From contig DUTP01000003.1 in assembly GCA_012842045.1 (NCBI GenBank), positions 2,532-66,531 on the forward strand: DNA of 64,000 bases, read 5' to 3'. The position numbers were made by a program, and so were the translations under genes. This stretch comes from Candidatus Dojkabacteria bacterium. GTDB lineage: Bacteria > Patescibacteriota > Dojkabacteria > SC72. Shown piece after piece: positions 58,441 to 64,000 of the stretch. The notes under the pieces are model-generated. The model did no database searches, was not told where the DNA came from, and saw nothing but the letters and a program-made list of their open reading frames with translations. Each line of letters starts with the position of its first letter. Position 1 is the stretch's first letter.

Positions 58441-59367
58441 CTAATCTAAATATTTTCTAACAGCACTTAAACTACTAAAAACACCAATACCAACACCAAA
58501 TAATATATGTACAATATAATAGGCTAATACGAATACAATATTAATAGGTTTTATAAAAGACAAACCAATATCTCTTAATAATTGATTTAACCAGAATGCA
58601 ACCTCCGCATCCTTCATCAAATTAAATAATATTAATTGGGAAGGTACTAATATTATAGTAGCAGCTATAGCTCCCCCAGCAACACCATAAAAGATACCTT
58701 CTAATATGTAAGGTAATCTAATATGCTTATTTGAGCCACCAACCAACTTCATAACCTTAATCTCTTCTTTATGTGAATTGATATTAAAACCAATTGTAAT
58801 CCTTATTAAGAAGAAAGCTATTACTAACAAACCTCCTATTAAGAACGAGGAAGAAATCTTAATAGCAAAGGATATTGTTTTAAGATTATTAACAACATCT
58901 TTAAAGTACATAATCTCATCTATCTGTGAATTAGTCTCTTTCTGTTTGTTAATATCTTCTATAACTTCAAGTAGAGCATCTACAGACTTAGCTCTAATCT
59001 CAAGGCTAGGAGGTAGAGAATCTGCTGTAACTGTAGCTAAAAGATCTTGATTATCTGCAAAATCCTCTTTATATATCTCTAAAGCATCCTCTTGTGATAT
59101 ATATTCAATACTCTCTATTACTTCTGGATTATTTAGTCCCTCTTTAATCTTAAGTATATCTTGTTCTCTAGTATCTCTTTTGAAAAAAACTATTACCTGT
59201 GCTCTCTTTTCATAGTAATCAATTCCTTTTTGTGCAATTATCCCTACACTTATAAAGAAAGAAGAAACTACTAACACTGTAGCAAAAACAAGTGTAGTAG
59301 ATATGGTGAGAAACTTATTTCTCTTCATATTCTTTTTTGTTGATTCTAATAATTTTTTCCAATCCAT
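58441..59367 (-). CDS. ftsX: cell-division permease-like protein FtsX
   Basis: N-terminal TM, large periplasmic loop, three C-terminal TMs. Immediately downstream of ftsE. Confidence 0.75.
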   Translation of the reverse strand: MDWKKLLESTKKNMKRNKFLTISTTLVFATVLVVSSFFISVGIIAQKGIDYYEKRAQVIVFFKRDTREQDILKIKEGLNNPEVIESIEYISQEDALEIYKEDFADNQDLLATVTADSLPPSLEIRAKSVDALLEVIEDINKQKETNSQIDEIMYFKDVVNNLKTISFAIKISSSFLIGGLLVIAFFLIRITIGFNINSHKEEIKVMKLVGGSNKHIRLPYILEGIFYGVAGGAIAATIILVPSQLILFNLMKDAEVAFWLNQLLRDIGLSFIKPINIVFVLAYYIVHILFGVGIGVFSSLSAVRKYLD

Positions 59368-59368
59368 A

Positions 59369-60364
59369 TTATTTTTTCTGTTTTTTATTTAAATATTCAG
59401 TTAAGAAATCTTCAAGTTTATCTCTCTGTGCTCCTTTAATATCTAAGTTATCTAAGTCTTCTTCTGTTAAATTAAAGATAAGGTTAATAGTTGTTATTTG
59501 AGCATTCAAGAGTTTTTCTAAAACCTCTTTATCTAATCCATCCATATCTTTATCATACTTTACTTTGTTCGCTTTCTTTTCCAATCCCTCATTAGCTTCA
59601 TCTCCTATTTTAATATTTGGATCTATCTTCTTTACTTCTGGTTTCTCAACTTTCTCTTTTGGCTTTTTAAGAGTATCGTAATTACCTTTACTGTCAGAAA
59701 CAATCTTTCCTTCTTCCATTCTAATAACTCTGGTTTTCATCTTGTTTACCATTTCTCTGTCGTGTGTAATTACCATTACTGTAGTTCCTGCCTTATTTAT
59801 ACTATTCAATATATCTAAGATTTGAAAGGAACTATCAGGATCAAGATTACCTGTTGGTTCGTCTGCGACTAAAAAGTCAGGATTATTAGCCAATGCTCTT
59901 GCAATAGCACCTCTTTGTTGTTCACCACCTGAGAGTTGTTGTGGAAAGAGATTCCTTCTGTCTTGTAACTTAACTAATTCTAAAAGATAATCCGTTGTTT
60001 CTTTAATCTCTTTCTCTTGCTTACCTAAAATCTCTAGAGCAAAGTTAATATTCTCCTCTAATGTCTTACCCTCAAGCAATTTTATATCTTGAAATACAAT
60101 ACCTAATCTCTGTCTATATGTAGGAAGAAGTTTGTTTGGTAATTGAGGTACATCTATTTTATCAAAGATAATCTGACCAGATGTTGGTAATTCCTCCCTA
60201 ATCAATAATCTTAGAAGGGTAGTTTTACCTGCTCCAGATGGTCCTACCAAGAACGAGAATTCCCCTTTATCGAGGGAGAAAGATACATCCTCTAGGGCTG
60301 TGATTTTGTCTGAATATTTTTTTGTTACTTTATCAAATATTACCATGGCAGTTTCCTGTTCCAT
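59369..60364 (-). CDS. ftsE: cell-division ABC ATPase FtsE with ~100-aa C-terminal extension
   Basis: GPSGAGKTT, LSGGEQQRGAIARAL, DEPTGNLD. Extension is Lys/Glu-rich. Confidence 0.8.
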   Translation of the reverse strand: MEQETAMVIFDKVTKKYSDKITALEDVSFSLDKGEFSFLVGPSGAGKTTLLRLLIREELPTSGQIIFDKIDVPQLPNKLLPTYRQRLGIVFQDIKLLEGKTLEENINFALEILGKQEKEIKETTDYLLELVKLQDRRNLFPQQLSGGEQQRGAIARALANNPDFLVADEPTGNLDPDSSFQILDILNSINKAGTTVMVITHDREMVNKMKTRVIRMEEGKIVSDSKGNYDTLKKPKEKVEKPEVKKIDPNIKIGDEANEGLEKKANKVKYDKDMDGLDKEVLEKLLNAQITTINLIFNLTEEDLDNLDIKGAQRDKLEDFLTEYLNKKQKK

Positions 60365-60377
60365 ACTATATCATATA

Positions 60378-61463
60378 TTACTCTATTCTAACTTGCGCTT
60401 CAAGAAATTTGTCTAAATTCCCATCCAGTACATCTTCAGGATTGTTAGATTGTATATCTGTTCTCAAATCTTTAACCATTTTGTATGGATGAAGTATGTA
60501 ATTTCTGATCTGGTTTCCCCATCCTGCTATTTTGTAATCACCTTTGATATCAGATAGTTTTTGTAATTTCTCCTCATCTTTAATTCTCCATAATTTCCCT
60601 TTTAAGATATTCATTGCATTCTCTCTGTTTTGAGCTTGGCTCCTTTGGGTTGAACAATTAACAACGATTCCAGTAGGGATATGAGTTATCTGGACTGCAG
60701 ATGATGTTTTGTTAACATTCTGTCCTCCCGGACCTCCAGACTTTACAGCTTTGAATTCAATATCAGTATCAGGTATCTCTAATTTTTCTTCTTCTTTTTC
60801 AAAAAGGGGTATAACTTCCACTCCAGCAAATGTTGTTTGTCTTAAACCTTGTGCATTGTATGGTGATATTCTAACTAATCTGTGAACTCCGTGTTCTTTC
60901 TTAAGAAATCCAAAAGCCAATGGAGCTCTAACCTCTATACTTACAGTCACAAGTCCCACCTCTGTACCTTTAGTCATCTCAGTTACTTTGTAATTCCAAC
61001 CTTGTTTTTCAAAAAACATTGTATACATTCTAAAAAGCATCTGAGTCCAATCGTTAGCTTCTGTCCCTCCCTGTCCTGCATGTATTGTTACTACAGCAGG
61101 GTAGGAGTCATATTCTCCAGATAGAAATCTTCTTAGAGAAAATTTCTCTAGTTGTTCCTTAAGTTTTTCAAATTCACCAATCAGTTGATTCTGTTCGTCT
61201 TTGTTCTCTATGGAAGAGAAAAGATCTGAGAGTGAGTTGATGTTCTCTTCTAGTTTTTCAATAGTTTCAATATCATTCTTTAGGTATGATATTTTATCCA
61301 TTACCTCTCTTGCATACTCTGCATCTTTCCAGAAGTTTTTATCAAGGCTTTCTTTTTCAAAAGAGAGTAATGTTTCTTTCTGCTTTGGAATATCTAAAGC
61401 TGACAGGACTTCTTTGATTTCTAGTTGTAATTTTTCTATATCCTTTTTACTTAAATCTTCCAT
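60378..61463 (-). CDS. prfB: peptide chain release factor 2
   Basis: GGQ motif SGGPGGQNVNKTSSAVQITHIPTGIVV. SPF-region GVHRLVRISPYNAQGLRQTTF. Uninterrupted ORF. Confidence 0.8.
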   Translation of the reverse strand: MEDLSKKDIEKLQLEIKEVLSALDIPKQKETLLSFEKESLDKNFWKDAEYAREVMDKISYLKNDIETIEKLEENINSLSDLFSSIENKDEQNQLIGEFEKLKEQLEKFSLRRFLSGEYDSYPAVVTIHAGQGGTEANDWTQMLFRMYTMFFEKQGWNYKVTEMTKGTEVGLVTVSIEVRAPLAFGFLKKEHGVHRLVRISPYNAQGLRQTTFAGVEVIPLFEKEEEKLEIPDTDIEFKAVKSGGPGGQNVNKTSSAVQITHIPTGIVVNCSTQRSQAQNRENAMNILKGKLWRIKDEEKLQKLSDIKGDYKIAGWGNQIRNYILHPYKMVKDLRTDIQSNNPEDVLDGNLDKFLEAQVRIE

Positions 61464-61511
61464 TCGTGTTATATTATATTCAACTTAAGATTATATATCT
61501 ACAAACTGCCC

Positions 61512-63206
61512 ATGCTTGATTTTTTAGGTATCAAAAAAAATGGTAAAAATGGTGAGGAGGAAGCCAAAACAAGGCAAGATGGATTTACTAATGGGCACAA
61601 CAATCTTTTGGATATTAGAAGATTTGTTACATTAATAATATTGGATGGTTTTGGTGTGTTTCCAGATGCAGAAGGAAATGCTGTCTGGGCTGCTAAGACA
61701 CCTTTCCTTGATACATTGTGGACACAAGGGAGGTCTACTTTGCTTCATGCTTCAGGAACTCATGTTGGTTTACCTGGTGAAGATGCAGGTAACTCTGAGG
61801 TAGGTCACCTTAATATCGGTTCTGGTCAAGTGGTATATCAAACACTTCCTAGAATTAATGATGCAATTAAAGCACATGAGTTAGAGAATAATCCTGTGGT
61901 TAAACAGATGTTTACATTTCTTAGGAAGTATAAAGGTAGATTACACCTTACAGGTGTACTTAGTCCTGCTGGTGTTCATGGACATATTAAACATCTGTTT
62001 TCAATATTGGATTTGTGTGCAGCAAAAGGGATTGACCCTTGTATTCATGTTATGTTAGATGGTAGAGATACAGGACCCACAGAAGGTCTTCTCTATGTAG
62101 AAAAGTTGTTGGCTAAAATTAGAGAGGTTGGTGTTGGTGAAATAGGGTCAATAATGGGTAGGTTCTATGGTATGGATAGAGATAGTAGATGGGAAAGAGT
62201 TAAGTTAGCATATGATGCTTTTGTTGGACTCTCGGAGGAAACATTTACAGACCCAATTAAAGTTGTAAAGGATGCTTACAGTAAAGGAGAGTATGACCAG
62301 TTCTTTAAACCAAGAATAAGAGTGGATGAGAAAGGAGAACCTGTAGGTATTGTTAAATCACACGATGCAGTACTCTTCTGGAATTTTCGTGAGGACAGGG
62401 CAAGAGAGTTAACCAAAGCTTTTGTACTGAAAGATTTTCCACATTTTACTAGAAGAAACTATCCAGAAGATATCTACTTTGCAACTATGACAGGTTATGA
62501 AGAAAATCTGCCTGCAAATGTAATTTTCCCACCTTTACGAATTAAAAAACCTCTTGCAAAGTACTTATCAGAAAATGGTAAGAGGCAATTACATGTTTCT
62601 GAAACAGAAAAGTATATGCATGTAACATATTTCTTTAATGGTGGTTATGAGGAAGCTCATCCAGGAGAAACTTTCTTTAATATTCCTTCACAAAGAGTAG
62701 ACAGCTATGCAAAGGTACCTGAAATGAGTGCATATATCATTAGAGATGAAGTTGTAAACAAGATTAAGAAAATAGATACACATCCTTTAGATTTCATTGT
62801 TCTAAACTTTGCAAATCCCGATATGTTAGGACATACAGGAAACTTTAAGGCTGCCGTAAGGGGAAATAGTATTGTAGATACCTGCTGCGCGGATATTGCA
62901 AAAGCAACCATAGAAATGGGAGGTTCTTTAATGGTAACTGCAGACCATGGAAACTGTGAGACAATGATAAACAGGGTGACAAAAGAGATAGATATTGCAC
63001 ATACTAACAATCCAGTTCCTCTTGTAATTGCAAATAGTATGAAGGAGATTGAGCCAATTGCTGGTACTCCTCAAATTAAGATAGGTACGGGACCAAATGC
63101 TAGGACTACAGGAATTTTGGCTGATATTGCTCCTACAGTTCTAGGTCTTTTAGGTATGGGTACTCCATCCAGTATGACTGGTGTGGACTTAAGGTCTATG
63201 CTTTAG
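61512..63206 (+). CDS. gpmI: 2,3-bisphosphoglycerate-independent phosphoglycerate mutase
   Basis: ILDGFGVFPDAEGNAVWAAKTPFLDTL, DGRDTGP, TADHGN blocks. Confidence 0.85.
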   Translation: MLDFLGIKKNGKNGEEEAKTRQDGFTNGHNNLLDIRRFVTLIILDGFGVFPDAEGNAVWAAKTPFLDTLWTQGRSTLLHASGTHVGLPGEDAGNSEVGHLNIGSGQVVYQTLPRINDAIKAHELENNPVVKQMFTFLRKYKGRLHLTGVLSPAGVHGHIKHLFSILDLCAAKGIDPCIHVMLDGRDTGPTEGLLYVEKLLAKIREVGVGEIGSIMGRFYGMDRDSRWERVKLAYDAFVGLSEETFTDPIKVVKDAYSKGEYDQFFKPRIRVDEKGEPVGIVKSHDAVLFWNFREDRARELTKAFVLKDFPHFTRRNYPEDIYFATMTGYEENLPANVIFPPLRIKKPLAKYLSENGKRQLHVSETEKYMHVTYFFNGGYEEAHPGETFFNIPSQRVDSYAKVPEMSAYIIRDEVVNKIKKIDTHPLDFIVLNFANPDMLGHTGNFKAAVRGNSIVDTCCADIAKATIEMGGSLMVTADHGNCETMINRVTKEIDIAHTNNPVPLVIANSMKEIEPIAGTPQIKIGTGPNARTTGILADIAPTVLGLLGMGTPSSMTGVDLRSML

Positions 63207-64000
63207 AGGAAAAAAGATAGTAGTACTACAATTCCTAGTAGAATTCTGTAAATACCAAAAAAGGTTAGCCAATTTTTCTTCTTAAATCTTTCAATTAGTT
63301 TTAAAGATAGGAAACCAAAGAGGAAAGTTGTTATCAATATTACAATAGTATTTATCCGAAATGGTTCTCCTACAGTATTTAGCAGCATATTTCTTTCCTT
63401 AAAGTTTTGAAAAAGAAATAAAGTAAATGAACCTAGTAATATTGGAATGCTTAATACAAAAGAAAATTTAAGTGCAATATACTTGGGAAGTCCTACTAGA
63501 ATCCCTGTGATAGTAGTGATTGCAGACCTTGAGGTTCCAGGAATTAATGCTAGAGCTTGTGAAAACCCAACAGCTAAGGCTTGTTTTAGAGATATATCCT
63601 CTACTGTTTGTAGTTTTTCTCCTTTTATCATAGTGGTTTCTTTTTTCTCTAAAACGATCATGACAATTCCCCAAATAATTAGTGATATGCCAATAATCCA
63701 ATCTGCTCGGAGATGTCTTGAGATTATATCTTCGAAGAGAAAGCCAATTACTCCTGCAGGTATTGTTGCTATTAGAATCTTTCCATAGAAAGCAAGTTTC
63801 TTTTTAGAAAAAAAGTTTTTAAAGAGTTGTTTCCTTAAAAAAAATATAACTGCAATTGTAGTACCTAAGTGAAAAAGGATTAGTAAAGAGGAGGTAGTAT
63901 TAATGTTTAAAATATTTCCCAAAAGCAACATATGGGCGGAGCTGGAGATGGGTAGTAGTTCTGTTATACCTTGGATAACCCCTATACCTATTAACTTTAA
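63203..64000 (-). CDS. uppP: undecaprenyl-diphosphate phosphatase (UppP/BacA); start lies beyond the window end
   Basis: GTSRSAITTITGILVGL. Frame stays open to nt 64000, encoding ...GVIQGITELLPISSSAHM. Confidence 0.8.
   Translation of the reverse strand, partial: LKLIGIGVIQGITELLPISSSAHMLLLGNILNINTTSSLLILFHLGTTIAVIFFLRKQLFKNFFSKKKLAFYGKILIATIPAGVIGFLFEDIISRHLRADWIIGISLIIWGIVMIVLEKKETTMIKGEKLQTVEDISLKQALAVGFSQALALIPGTSRSAITTITGILVGLPKYIALKFSFVLSIPILLGSFTLFLFQNFKERNMLLNTVGEPFRINTIVILITTFLFGFLSLKLIERFKKKNWLTFFGIYRILLGIVVLLSFFL

Noticed and set aside
60378-61463. Programmed +1 frameshift in prfB
   Set aside because: The ORF is continuous from its ATG with no internal in-frame UGA, so there is no frameshift site.
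1-64000. rRNA genes, self-splicing introns, toxin-antitoxin pairs
   Set aside because: No rRNA-like conserved stretches or recognisable toxin-antitoxin gene pairs were found on either strand.

Overview
This is a low-GC (~33%) bacterial chromosomal window that is mostly housekeeping and cell-envelope genes. It uses the standard genetic code: recA ends in TGA and an intact RF2 gene is present. The style (many short overlapping genes, a tsaC-tsaE fusion, giant Cys-rich surface proteins) suggests a small-genome, possibly CPR/Patescibacteria-like organism, but that is inference only.

The most interesting region is nt 1-7621. A 5'-truncated PLD-nuclease/SNF2-helicase gene is translationally coupled (TAATG) to an 1104-aa Eco57I-family N6-adenine DNA methyltransferase with a C-terminal target-recognition domain (TRD). 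The last ~195 codons of that methyltransferase lie inside a ~1.08 kb DNA segment bounded by perfect 28-bp inverted repeats. The segment also carries, on the opposite strand, a second, divergent, promoterless TRD. Inversion would fuse this second TRD in frame to the methyltransferase. A Hin/Gin-type small serine invertase gene sits 40 bp beyond the right repeat. This looks like a phase-variable, specificity-switching, ATP-dependent restriction-modification-like module.

Other notable items:
- a ~4.2 kb putative integrated element (large serine recombinase reading into tRNA-Asn, a SEC-C-motif protein, and a GC-rich structured RNA with mutually exclusive pairings);
- a T-box leader upstream of ileS;
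- two paralogous Cys-rich surface proteins flanking an SH3b protein;
- a 1162-aa secreted protein with novel tandem 'GCIC' cysteine repeats, next to a small 10-Cys secreted peptide;
- a tsaC-tsaE fusion next to tsaD.

Housekeeping content: trxA, eno, mscL, rmuC, recA-recX-recJ, Asp/Asn-tRNA synthetase, gltX, ileS, carD, yvcK, capA, hpf, EnvC-like M23 peptidase, ftsX-ftsE-prfB, gpmI, uppP (3' truncated by the window edge), and six tRNAs (Asp, Leu, Val, Val, Gln, Asn). No rRNA or CRISPR array is present.
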